Of a stretch of 64,000 bases of DNA, positions 1 to 8,593 are shown piece after piece. The notes under the pieces were generated by a model. The model did not search any database, was not told the DNA's origin, and was given only the letters and a program-made list of their open reading frames with translations. The translations under genes were made by a program, and so were the position numbers. Within the stretch, counting starts at the first letter, position 1; every line of letters starts with the position of its first letter. This DNA is from a virus (lineage: Duplodnaviria; Caudoviricetes): positions 32,001 through 96,000 of IMG/VR virus record IMGVR_UViG_2671180292_000001. The stretch is one strand, 5' to 3'.

Positions 1-273
1 GAGAAGCTCTGGACTCCAGAGCGTGCGTGGGCGGTCGAACGCCACGCCCTCGACGACCGCGCTGAACTGGAACAGATCGTGAGCAGTCAACTGCACGGCA
101 CGTTGACCTACGGACGGAACCCCTCCGACCACTTCGACTACGCCAACATCTGTGACCGCACCGACAAGGCGTTGGTCCCGCTCTGGGGCGGGGTGCTCGC
201 ACTCGCCGGCGAACTTGCCAGGCGGAAGACGCTGACCGGCGGCCAGGTCACAGCCGTCCTGGCCGCCGCATGA
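1..273 (+). CDS. Partial CDS (5' end outside window), C-terminus resembling M41/FtsH-like peptidase-domain proteins
   Basis: Frame open from base 1 (EKLWTPERAW...) to TGA at 273; ends LWGGVLALAGELARRKTLTGGQV, a pattern like M41-type C-termini. Confidence 0.4.
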   Translation, partial: EKLWTPERAWAVERHALDDRAELEQIVSSQLHGTLTYGRNPSDHFDYANICDRTDKALVPLWGGVLALAGELARRKTLTGGQVTAVLAAA

Positions 274-367
274 CGACGCGCCCCCACACCTAGCCGAGGC
301 CGCGACTACCAGAACACGCGCGGGCGGCACCAGGCCGCCCGCCCTACCCCGAGAAGTGAGGACACAC

Positions 368-847
368 ATGACCACCACCGCCCAAGCCGAGCGCGAGTAC
401 TCCATGTACGAGGCCGTCACCGAGGCTGCGATCAACAAGTTCGCTGGCGAGCGTGATCCCGCCCGTCGGGCAGAACTGCTGGACACGATGGCCACTGAGG
501 ACGAGCACCAGGCCCGCCTGCACACCGCAGCGTTCGGCCCCGAGCCCGTCCCCGGGGAGCCGGGCCGGGACATGTCCGAGGCGCTGGCGTCCTGTGCCGT
601 GCTGCACCGGGCGGTCGCCGCCACGGAGCGGGCACTGGCCACAGGTCAGCCGCGCGTCCCCGCCACCGACCCGCGGATCGAGGAGGTCGGGCGGGAGCTG
701 CTCGACCAGCTCGCCACAGAGCCCGACCCCGCTAAGCGGGCGGTGCTGTGCACCGCCCTGCACGACGTCGTGGCCCCGCTCGTCGGCGCGTGTGCGGCCA
801 TGACGTTGACCGGCCTGGCCGAACTGTATGAGGAGATCGCCAGCTGA
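368..847 (+). CDS. Hypothetical protein
   Basis: GAGGA RBS before ATG 368; GC3-biased; followed by hairpin. Confidence 0.75.
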   Translation: MTTTAQAEREYSMYEAVTEAAINKFAGERDPARRAELLDTMATEDEHQARLHTAAFGPEPVPGEPGRDMSEALASCAVLHRAVAATERALATGQPRVPATDPRIEEVGRELLDQLATEPDPAKRAVLCTALHDVVAPLVGACAAMTLTGLAELYEEIAS

Positions 848-856
848 CCCCCCCCC

Positions 857-886
857 GCGTCCCGTCCACTCCGGTGGGCGGGATGC
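857..886 (+). terminator. Intergenic stem-loop, copy 1 of a pair
   Basis: GCGTCCCGTCCAC-TCCG-GTGGGCGGGATGC; similar hairpin at 1327-1356. Confidence 0.5.
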
Positions 887-915
887 AATCTGCCGACACG
901 AACAAGAGGAATGAG

Positions 916-1320
916 ATGGCGGAGATCGACTACCACAACGCGCACGCCCCCTACACCGACGCCGTGGCCCACGCCCTTGAAGTCGCAGGCATCGAAGTGG
1001 ACGGCTGGTTCGCCGACGCCAACGACCCCAGGGACTCCTGCATCACCCTGGCCAGAAGCAAGCCGGGGCGTCAGCGAGTGGTCGCCTGGACCGAGGAGAA
1101 GGGCTGGATGTACGGCACCGGCCCCGAGAACGACTCCCTCAACGCGATCTACGGGATCTGCGACGGCGTACTGCCCGAACCGGCCGAGGTCGTCGAGGCC
1201 GTCCGTAGGTGTCTGGCTGGCGATTTCTCCAGCACCGACAGTTACACGGCCCGTCTCCGGGACTTCGAGGACGACGAGGACGGGTTCGAGGAACGTCTCG
1301 CCGCGTACGCGAAGGCGTAG
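916..1320 (+). CDS. Hypothetical protein, possibly DUF6292-like
   Basis: AGAGGA RBS; WTEEKGW and VLPEPAEV motifs. Confidence 0.7.
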   Translation: MAEIDYHNAHAPYTDAVAHALEVAGIEVDGWFADANDPRDSCITLARSKPGRQRVVAWTEEKGWMYGTGPENDSLNAIYGICDGVLPEPAEVVEAVRRCLAGDFSSTDSYTARLRDFEDDEDGFEERLAAYAKA

Positions 1321-1326
1321 CCCATG

Positions 1327-1356
1327 GTGTCCCGCTCGCTTCGGTGGGCGGGACGC
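1327..1356 (+). terminator. Intergenic stem-loop, copy 2 (TTCG loop)
   Basis: GTGTCCCGCTCGC-TTCG-GTGGGCGGGACGC. Confidence 0.5.
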
Positions 1357-1387
1357 TCCCCCATCTGCTAGTCCCGAGGAGGACTCC

Positions 1388-1615
1388 ATGGCCACGTACG
1401 AAAAGACCCTGGCCCAGGCCCGGAAGGTCGGCAACGCCAACGCAGACGACGCCGAAGCGATGGCGTTGTACTGCGCGGACATCATGCAGTTCATCGTGGG
1501 GGCCGCGTCCCCCAAGCTGGTCTGGGAGGGCGCCCAGCGCCGCGGCATGACGCACCTTGAGTTGGCGCGCTTGGCGCAGAAGGACCCCGCCGCGGTGCAT
1601 GACTTGATGTGGTGA
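1388..1615 (+). CDS. Hypothetical protein (75 aa, MATYEKTL...)
   Basis: GAGGAGG RBS before ATG 1388. Confidence 0.75.
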   Translation: MATYEKTLAQARKVGNANADDAEAMALYCADIMQFIVGAASPKLVWEGAQRRGMTHLELARLAQKDPAAVHDLMW

Positions 1616-1665
1616 CCTGCTGCGTCTTGCCCCGCCGGCCTTCTGGGAGGCGGGGCTTCCGCTGT

Positions 1666-2337
1666 CTACTTCTCCTTCAGTTCCTTCGGCTCCTTCACCC
1701 CACCCGACGACCGGCCGGTGAGAAAGGAGCGGATCAGCATGACGACCGGGAAGGAGAGCAGGGCAGTTCCTGCTATCCACTTGCCGATGGCGAAGAACAC
1801 GATGGAAGCGATCACCGCTATGAGGGTCAGCAGGAACGCGAACGCCTGCCCCTGTTTGGCGGAGTCGATCTCGGCATCGATGAGCTTGGCTTCGTTGTCG
1901 ATATGTCCGGTCGCGACCTTCTCCGTCATCGCCAGTATCCGCTCGGCGGCACCTGGAAGTACCGCCTCGTACTGGGCGAACACCTCAGGCGGCGGCAACG
2001 GGCCCTGGAAGGAGCTCGTCAAGACAAGCTCGGCTTGCGCGGTTTCGGGTTCCTCTACCTGGAGGTCCCTAAGTCCCGCGAGATCGATTTCATCGCGGTG
2101 ACCATTGCCTTCGCGATGACGCGCCACGCCTCGGCCATTGGCTCGCGCTGGGAGAGCTCCTGTCGGGTTGCCCTGAGATGAGGCGACGGGTCCAGGGTCA
2201 GCATGTCGAACCCCGTCGACAGACGCGACGTCTTCCTCCGCGCCGGACTCTTGCCCGTCGTTCTGTGAGTCGTCGTCATGACGCAACGGTAGCTCCCGAT
2301 GGGGGATGTGAACTATGCCAGGGTAGACAAGCGTCAC
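1666..2337 (-). CDS. DUF2335-like membrane protein (true start uncertain)
   Basis: FQGPLPPPEVFAQYEAVLPGAAERILAM motif and two C-terminal hydrophobic helices. Confidence 0.75.
   Translation of the reverse strand: MTLVYPGIVHIPHRELPLRHDDDSQNDGQESGAEEDVASVDGVRHADPGPVASSQGNPTGALPARANGRGVARHREGNGHRDEIDLAGLRDLQVEEPETAQAELVLTSSFQGPLPPPEVFAQYEAVLPGAAERILAMTEKVATGHIDNEAKLIDAEIDSAKQGQAFAFLLTLIAVIASIVFFAIGKWIAGTALLSFPVVMLIRSFLTGRSSGGVKEPKELKEK
2055..2279 (-). CDS. Small hypothetical protein overlapping/upstream of the DUF2335-like gene
   Basis: 74-aa ORF ending in amphipathic MAEAWRVIAKAMVTAM. Confidence 0.5.
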   Translation of the reverse strand: MTTTHRTTGKSPARRKTSRLSTGFDMLTLDPSPHLRATRQELSQREPMAEAWRVIAKAMVTAMKSISRDLGTSR

Positions 2338-2466
2338 TCAAGGTTTTGGCCGAAAGCGACAACTCGATGTGCTCTATTGCACACCACCTGCACGTCTAGC
2401 GTCGCCGCACCTTGTAGATCATTTGTGGCAGTTCTACGGCTGGGGTGTAAGTTTCTTCTCCTCAGG

Positions 2467-2760
2467 TCAATCCCAGACCCCCGCAACACGCCACTCGCCA
2501 CACTGCTCGACCAGTTCCAGGACGCCCGAGCCGTCTGGGCCGACCGCTCGGACGATGTAGTGCCGCACCGTGAGCGCCTCGATCGGCAACCCTGCGCCGC
2601 CCCCCGTCCACCAGGGATCCTGCGCCTCCCAGTACGGCTCCACCTGCTCGGCCACACGGTAGGTGCGGCCCCATGCCGTGATCGCGACCGGGAGCCCGTC
2701 AGGGCCGGTCGTGACCTGGGCCGGTTCGTTGTAGCGCCGCATCCAGCCAGTATCGCTCAT
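2467..2760 (-). CDS. DUF6504-like protein (resembles ImuB C-terminal region)
   Basis: WGRTYRV...W...PWW...GEWRVAGVWD; SOS-like box over the start. Confidence 0.7.
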   Translation of the reverse strand: MSDTGWMRRYNEPAQVTTGPDGLPVAITAWGRTYRVAEQVEPYWEAQDPWWTGGGAGLPIEALTVRHYIVRAVGPDGSGVLELVEQCGEWRVAGVWD

Positions 2761-2768
2761 GTGTTCGA
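2753..2768. promoter_or_regulatory. Putative LexA (SOS) box
   Basis: TCGCTC-ATGT-GTTCGA vs actinobacterial consensus TCGAAC-N4-GTTCGA (2 mismatches), overlapping ATG 2760. Confidence 0.55.
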
Positions 2769-2845
2769 TCCTGCAGGGGGCCGCCACCACCGTGCGCGGA
2801 CGCTCTTTGCTCCGCCTTGACCTGCGGTTTCCTACCATCTCCCGC

Positions 2846-3049
2846 ATGACACGCTGGGTAGGCACCGACGGGTGGGAGGTTGAGGGGATCGTCCTCGACG
2901 GCCGCCCGCTCTTGCGTGTCCAGCACCTCGGCTATCTGGTCGCGTACTGCCGCAACGTGGGTGAGGTCGCCCAGCACCTGGACTTGGCTGACCTCGTCGA
3001 GGTGGTTCCCCTCCCCCACCAGTCCGTCAGGACTGGGCCGCTTCCCTGA
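2846..3049 (+). CDS. Small hypothetical protein, probably leaderless
   Basis: TACCAT -10 seven nt before ATG 2846; MTRWVGTDGWEVEGIVLDGR. Confidence 0.65.
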   Translation: MTRWVGTDGWEVEGIVLDGRPLLRVQHLGYLVAYCRNVGEVAQHLDLADLVEVVPLPHQSVRTGPLP

Positions 3050-3308
3050 GCGCCATCCGCGCCGCGAACCAGTCGCTCTGCGGGATCTCCCCCCAAAAGG
3101 GATGGCCGTACAGCACGCTGATCAGGCGGAGCCGCTCGGCACGGGCCGCTTCCAGTTCCTGACGGAGATTCTCAGGCATGGCCGCGGTGCCTTCGACGAT
3201 GGCGGTCGCCGGCGGCCCCTGCTGGGCGAGTTCCTCGCATCGGGCGTCGGCGGCGAGGAATGCGCGCTGCGCCTCGATCAGATCAGATGGGAAGTCGTAG
3301 TCGGCCAT
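3027..3308 (-). CDS. Hypothetical protein (MADYDFPSDL...)
   Basis: GGGGGA RBS; helical protein with HPFW motif. Confidence 0.7.
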   Translation of the reverse strand: MADYDFPSDLIEAQRAFLAADARCEELAQQGPPATAIVEGTAAMPENLRQELEAARAERLRLISVLYGHPFWGEIPQSDWFAARMALREAAQS

Positions 3309-3498
3309 GAGTCCCCCGGTTGGTGTGCTGGTTCGGGGGATGATCTTACGAGGACGGCCCAGGCATGGCGGGCAGTACCCCTTGATTGCCGTCCCCCGGG
3401 TGATCGCCGTCGCATCGGGCGCGAGTAAACCCAGCCCCAATCACCTAATTGTGAACCCCCGCAACCTGTGAAGCGTCCTGTCCTCAACAGGAGGCCGC

Positions 3499-3681
3499 AT
3501 GGAACCACTTGAACGCCTCGTCGATGAACTCCGACTGGAGCTCACGCTGATTGATGCCCTGCACTGGGAGGCCATGCGCCTCACCAGTGCGCGTCGCCGA
3601 GAGAAACCACAACCCTCCGGCAGGAGAGCTTTCGAGCAGGTTTCAAGCAGCGGACGTAATCCCAGGTCAGTGACCAACTAG
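3499..3681 (+). CDS. Small hypothetical protein
   Basis: AGGAGG RBS before ATG 3499. Confidence 0.5.
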   Translation: MEPLERLVDELRLELTLIDALHWEAMRLTSARRREKPQPSGRRAFEQVSSSGRNPRSVTN

Positions 3682-4077
3682 CTTGGAAGCATATGGGGTT
3701 GGTGCAGGGGCTGGCGGGAGGCGATCCCCGCTCACGCCCGGCACCGCTGTGACCGGACCATCGTGGGTGTCGGGTTGCCCTTGCTTCCGTCCCGCTTATC
3801 CGGTCGCGGGAGTTGGGCAGCCTGGGCACCGTCTGCGCGGGCCAGGATACGCGAAAGGGCGCCGCGCTCGTGGGCAAAGGTGAGCAGGGCGCCCTCGCAT
3901 GTGGGGGGCTGACCGCCGTACGGCGCAGTCAGCCCGTGCGCCGGGTGTTGGAGTCCCCTGGACTCCTCACCGGGTCACGGGCCAGCATAAGCCGCCGCAC
4001 GTCCGGGTGCGCACCGAAAACCGGCGATATGTGAAACCGATATGGGTTAGCCCCGTCCTCGGACAGCTCGTGCCCGG

Positions 4078-4491
4078 TCAGGGTGCGATCAGGATGTGGG
4101 GGACGCTGGCGCCGACGTCCATCCGGTACGTCCCACTGGCCACCACCACCCCGTCGACCATGACCCAACCGTCTGCCGTGGCGTCCACCGAACACGGGGA
4201 GAGCACGGGAAGCTTGCCGAGCTTCTGGGCCTGGCGCTCGAGCGCGGCGAGGTACTCCGGATGCTCCAGCATCCGGATGTCCCCGACCCGGACACCTGCT
4301 TGGTCCTCGAGGTTGATGTAGATCGGTGCGTCGTGCCGCTGGCACTGCAGCACGTGCTGGGGTGAGAAGGTGGCGGTCACCCACTTGCCGCAGTGTCGCC
4401 GGATGATCCACGTGCACTGGGGCGCGTGGGCGTATGTGATCGCATCTGTGTGGCCGCCGTCTAAGCAGGCGACCCGTCCGGCCTTAATCAT
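4078..4491 (-). CDS. Hypothetical protein (MIKAGRVAC...)
   Basis: AGAGGA RBS; GC3-biased ORF. Confidence 0.6.
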   Translation of the reverse strand: MIKAGRVACLDGGHTDAITYAHAPQCTWIIRRHCGKWVTATFSPQHVLQCQRHDAPIYINLEDQAGVRVGDIRMLEHPEYLAALERQAQKLGKLPVLSPCSVDATADGWVMVDGVVVASGTYRMDVGASVPHILIAP

Positions 4492-4620
4492 GGTGGTTCC
4501 TCTCGCGTTGACGAGCCGATCGGGCCACGGTGCCGCATCGGCACGCCTACTGTCCGGTCCCGACCGCCAGGCCGGACCAAAACAGCCACCGGGGCTAACG
4601 TCGCGCCGGCCCATGGAACG

Positions 4621-4656
4621 AGAACGGCCCCGCGCACCGGAGTGGGCGGGGCCTTC
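4621..4656 (-). terminator. Probable terminator downstream of lysis genes
   Basis: Inverted repeat GGCCCCGC...GCGGGGCC. Confidence 0.4.
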
Positions 4657-4849
4657 GTGGTCCTCAAACGAACCATCAACTCAACAGCTCACGGGAACTG
4701 GCCCGTAGTCCGCGAGGTACTGCGGGTGCTGCGTCAGGACATGGCAGTCGCACAGGAAACCGCCATCGTGTAGGGCATAGGAGCATCGGGGGTCGTGCTC
4801 ACTTATCGGCGCGCTGCGGGCAATCGCCCACGCGGTCGGGAAGTCCACG

Positions 4850-5098
4850 TCAGGCCGCCAGGTCGTAGTCCGGCTGGCGCTTCGTGAGCCCGGCGGCGAG
4901 CCACCACCGGCCGACCGCTGGCCAGCGCGACTCGATCCACCTGCCGAGTGCGTAGTACGCCGCAGTGAAGACCACGGTCACCAGTTCGGTCAGCGGACCC
5001 TCGGGCAGGGTCAGGCCGATCCGGGCGGCCCAGCCGAGCAGCACGCCGACAATGACCGGGACCACCGTTCGAACGAGGCTTGGAAGGAATCCGTTCAC
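4850..5098 (-). CDS. Holin-like membrane protein
   Basis: Two TM helices, SLVRTVVP and YYALGRWIE motifs; downstream of endolysin; GTG overlaps HNH stop. Confidence 0.7.
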   Translation of the reverse strand: MNGFLPSLVRTVVPVIVGVLLGWAARIGLTLPEGPLTELVTVVFTAAYYALGRWIESRWPAVGRWWLAAGLTKRQPDYDLAA

Positions 5099-5619
5099 GT
5101 TGCCGCCTTTCTGCGGTTGTAGTTACGGCGCTGTCGCTCTCGGTCGCAGGCCTTGCAGTGGCGACGTCCGTTGCGTCGCGACGTGTTTTCCTCGGTGTAC
5201 TCGTGGCCTTGAGGGCAGTGCGTCTTGGCGGAGCTCATGTCGTGGGCGAGATCACGTCGGCGGACGTTGACCGACTGCGGCACAGGGTCGAGGTGACAGG
5301 GGTTCACGCACTTCTTGTTCTGGCAGAGGTGATCGAGAGTGAGCCCTTCGGGGATCTCCGCCACCATGTGCTCGTAGGCAAAACGGTGCGCCAGGAGGTC
5401 TCGACCACCGATCGAAACCTTGCCGTACCGCTGTCCACTGCCGGTCCAGATCCAGCAATCACCCTGTTCTACCACCTTGGCCCAGAACAGTTCTGCCGCC
5501 GATGGTGGACACCAGAGGGGATCTCCGTGTCGTCGCCAAACCATGTAGTGGCGGCTACAGAAGCCTTTTGAGTCATGCGGCTGCGGGCAGCCGTCTACGT
5601 TGCAGATACGCTTGCCCAT
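5095..5619 (-). CDS. HNH endonuclease, co-oriented, between endolysin and holin
   Basis: CWIWTG, AHRFAYE, LDHLCQNKKCVNPCHL...N motifs; KTHCPQGH zinc domain. Confidence 0.9.
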   Translation of the reverse strand: MGKRICNVDGCPQPHDSKGFCSRHYMVWRRHGDPLWCPPSAAELFWAKVVEQGDCWIWTGSGQRYGKVSIGGRDLLAHRFAYEHMVAEIPEGLTLDHLCQNKKCVNPCHLDPVPQSVNVRRRDLAHDMSSAKTHCPQGHEYTEENTSRRNGRRHCKACDRERQRRNYNRRKAAT

Positions 5620-5716
5620 GAGGGCACCTCCCAGAAGGTGTTCTCCACGCCCCGGGCCTGTTCCAGCAGGTGCCGGGGTCTCATTTCTATCGGATGCCAC
5701 CGACAAAACCGCTTGA

Positions 5717-6523
5717 TCAGGTGATGGGCCGCTCGAACGCGGCCTTCCAGGTGAGTGGCCCGACGATTCCGTCAGCCGCCAGCTGCCAGCCGTGCGCGGT
5801 GGAGTCCCGCTGGAACGCGACGCACACCGAGCGGGACTGCGGCCCGTACTTGCCGTCCACGTCGACCGCCCAGCCGCGTTCCCGCATACGGGCCTGCCAG
5901 GTGTACACGTCACTTCCGCTGGTGAGCGGCGGGTAGGCGAGCAGCCGGCCGGGCCAGGCCGGGGCCTTCACCCCGGGTTTGGTCGTGTTCCCGGCTGGCG
6001 GGGGTGTCGTGCTCCCGCCGGGTCTGGGCGCGCCGCGGCGGATCCACGTAGCGATGGGGTCGCCGGGACAGTCAGTGGGGTAGCCGTCTCGGTGGCCCTT
6101 GATCTCCGACCCGGCACCGCCCTTGGCGCGGAGGTAGTCGATCGCGTCGAGGATCCCCCAGAGCATGCCGTCGGGTGGCTGTACGAGGCCGGCGTTGCCG
6201 ACCAGCGCGAGCACCGCGTAGTGACCGCTGTTGAGGCCGGGACCGTTGGCGGCGGGCAAGTGCCCTGGCCCTCGCCCCATGAAGACTCGCCGGTGAGGAC
6301 AGCAGCACAGGCTGTAGCCGATATCCATCCACTGGTTGCCGTCCATGTGGTGGTTCTGGATGGACTTGACCAGGGCCACGCATTTGTTGTGGTCGTCCAC
6401 GACGCCCGGATCCACCCGGCCGCCCGTGTAGTGGACCTTCACCCCTCGGGTGGACCGCAGCGGCGAGTACCCGCCCTTCGGCCGTCGGGCACCCCACTGT
6501 GCGCGTGTCACAAGATCAACCAC
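5717..6523 (-). CDS. Endolysin: N-acetylmuramoyl-L-alanine amidase plus peptidoglycan-binding domain
   Basis: VHYT, WMDIGYS, GHRD..TDCPG motifs; C-terminal VDGKYGPQS/ADGIVGPLTW repeats. Confidence 0.92.
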   Translation of the reverse strand: MVDLVTRAQWGARRPKGGYSPLRSTRGVKVHYTGGRVDPGVVDDHNKCVALVKSIQNHHMDGNQWMDIGYSLCCCPHRRVFMGRGPGHLPAANGPGLNSGHYAVLALVGNAGLVQPPDGMLWGILDAIDYLRAKGGAGSEIKGHRDGYPTDCPGDPIATWIRRGAPRPGGSTTPPPAGNTTKPGVKAPAWPGRLLAYPPLTSGSDVYTWQARMRERGWAVDVDGKYGPQSRSVCVAFQRDSTAHGWQLAADGIVGPLTWKAAFERPIT

Positions 6524-6535
6524 GGCAGCCCTCCT

Positions 6536-6805
6536 CTACTTGACGATGAGCGTGATGATCGTCGCTACGACGGATCCGAGCGCGGTCAGCGCGGTCAACG
6601 GAAGCGCGTACCGGTACCGTTCATCACCCCGCTGCCGCCCCTCGAGGTCTTCGACGAGCTTGGGTAACGAGGACAGGGCTACCACGGCGGACTCCACAAG
6701 CCGCAACCGAGCCTCGTGATCGGTAATCCGGTCGTGGTCGGCCTGCTGCTGCGCCGAAACAACTGCCACCTGCGCGGCCAACTCGGTCTCAGATGAAGCC
6801 GACAC
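6536..6805 (-). CDS. Coiled-coil membrane protein of the lysis cassette
   Basis: DHEARLRLVE coiled coil plus C-terminal TM helix directly upstream of endolysin. Confidence 0.7.
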   Translation of the reverse strand: MSASSETELAAQVAVVSAQQQADHDRITDHEARLRLVESAVVALSSLPKLVEDLEGRQRGDERYRYALPLTALTALGSVVATIITLIVK

Positions 6806-6807
6806 GG

Positions 6808-8508
6808 TCAGATCGTGGTGCCGTGGTAGCGGACGTCACCGTTGATGCTGGTGAAACTCACCGGCCCGGCGACGCACTCGATATCCATCCGGAACTGATA
6901 GATGCGGCTGGTCCCGGGCGGCATGTTGAACTCGTGATCCACACCGCTGGCCGTGTAGACCCACGGCTTGGAACCCGGGCCGTTCCACACGTCCTCGAAG
7001 ACCACCAGGCCGAGTGGTGCCGCATCGACCGAGCAGACCGGCGACATGTACACCCGCCAGTGCGCACCCGCCCCGACAGTCAACGTCACCGTCGCCGACG
7101 CGACCCCCATCGTGTGCAGGCGGCGGCACTGTGACGGGTTCGCGTAGGACACGCCCTGCGTGAAGGTGTACACCTGCCCGGATGTCATGTCCAGAGGCGG
7201 ACCACCAGGCGTCGGCACATGCCGAAAACGCTCGAAGGTGCCGATGATGGTTGTTGCCTCGGGCCGGGAGTGCAGGGTGCCGTCGGCTGCGCAGTAGATC
7301 TCGGACGTGGTGTTGGTGTCGTCGCAGGCGAACGGCTGGCCGATCCGGTCGGCGAGCGGCCATACGCCAGAGGTGGCGACGATCAGCGGCGTGGAGGGGG
7401 TGCCGTCGCCGTCCAGGCCGCAGCCGACGCTCGGCGGGGGCGCTGGCGGGACGTACAGGCCGCCGTCAGCGCCGAACGCTGCCTGGTTGCCGGCATCGGC
7501 CGAGAGTCGTGCTGCGATCTCCCCGCTCGCGGGGGTGTAGGCGGCGCCGTCTCCTGCGGTCAGGCAGCCGCGAACATCCGCGCACTCGACATACAGCCCG
7601 TCGGGCCCCTCCTGTAGGAGGTTGCTGCCACCGCCCGGCGGGGCGGCGTCCATCCGTACCGCCCCGGTCACCTGGTACGGGGTGGCCGTAGACCCGTCGC
7701 CGGTCAGCATCAGGTCCAGCGTCGGGGAGTCTGCCACCTGCAGCGCGGTCGGGTCGCCGACACCCGGCGGGACCATCAGGCCCCCATCGGAGCCGATGGC
7801 GAGCGTGTTTCCTGCGTCGGTGGAGGGCCGGGCGGTGAACTCCCCTGTTCCCGGGTTGTAAGTGAGGCCATCCCCAGCGCTGAGGCAGGGGCGGACGTCG
7901 TCGCAGGACACCGCCCCAGGGGTGACGAGCAGACCCCCATCAGTGCCAAACCTGAGCGTGTTTCCCGCATCCGTGGACGGCCGGGCGGCGATCCCACCGG
8001 TAGCAGGGTCGTAGTCGACGCCGTCACCGGCCGACAGGCACCCGCGCACGTCACCACATTCGACGTACAGCCCGTCCGGTCCCTCGTGGATGAGGTTGGC
8101 TCCGCCGCCGGGCGGGGCCGGGTCAAGCTGCACGTCAGCCGACAGGCTGTAAGGGTCTGCAGGGGTGCCCGTGCCTGCCAATGTCAGATCCACCGTGGGG
8201 GTGTCTGCCACACCCAGCGCGGTCGGCACGGCCGAACTCGGCGGGACCATGAGCCCGCCGTCCGTCCCGATCTCCAGCGCGTTCCCGGCGTCCGTGGAGG
8301 GCCGGGCGGTAATCTCCCCCGTTCCGGGGTCGTAGTCGATGCCGTCGCCAGCGGACAGGCAAGGCCGCACGTCATCGCAGGACACTGTGCCGCCGCCGTC
8401 GGCGCTGATCACGTACGGGCTGGTGGTGCCGCCGTCACCGGTGACGGTGACTCCAGGACCAGCGGTGACGGTGCAGGTGCAGCGGCGGGCCCCGCAACAC
8501 TGAGCCAA
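6808..8508 (-). CDS. Tail fibre / receptor-binding protein with four internal repeats
   Basis: GGAGG RBS + TTG 8508; four CxDVRxCLSAGDG..Y.P.TG...ARxSxDAGN...GxDGGL units and a distinct C-terminal domain. Confidence 0.7.
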   Translation of the reverse strand: MAQCCGARRCTCTVTAGPGVTVTGDGGTTSPYVISADGGGTVSCDDVRPCLSAGDGIDYDPGTGEITARPSTDAGNALEIGTDGGLMVPPSSAVPTALGVADTPTVDLTLAGTGTPADPYSLSADVQLDPAPPGGGANLIHEGPDGLYVECGDVRGCLSAGDGVDYDPATGGIAARPSTDAGNTLRFGTDGGLLVTPGAVSCDDVRPCLSAGDGLTYNPGTGEFTARPSTDAGNTLAIGSDGGLMVPPGVGDPTALQVADSPTLDLMLTGDGSTATPYQVTGAVRMDAAPPGGGSNLLQEGPDGLYVECADVRGCLTAGDGAAYTPASGEIAARLSADAGNQAAFGADGGLYVPPAPPPSVGCGLDGDGTPSTPLIVATSGVWPLADRIGQPFACDDTNTTSEIYCAADGTLHSRPEATTIIGTFERFRHVPTPGGPPLDMTSGQVYTFTQGVSYANPSQCRRLHTMGVASATVTLTVGAGAHWRVYMSPVCSVDAAPLGLVVFEDVWNGPGSKPWVYTASGVDHEFNMPPGTSRIYQFRMDIECVAGPVSFTSINGDVRYHGTTI

Positions 8509-8534
8509 GGCTTCCTCCGATGTGTCGGAGTAGC

Positions 8535-8571
8535 GCCCGGCCCGCAACGCCAGCAGCTAAGGCGAGTCTAC
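8535..8571 (-). promoter_or_regulatory. Late-gene leader motif with upstream -10 (TAGACT)
   Basis: Minus strand TAGACT..TAGCTGCTGGCGTTGCGGGCCGGGC; one of six copies. Confidence 0.6.
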
Positions 8572-8593
8572 GACCCGACCACCTGGCAGGCGA

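Noticed and set aside
848-856. Homopolymer tracts (C9 here; G/C runs near 35541 and 53918) as phase-variation switches
   Set aside because: Intergenic, short and unremarkable at this GC content.
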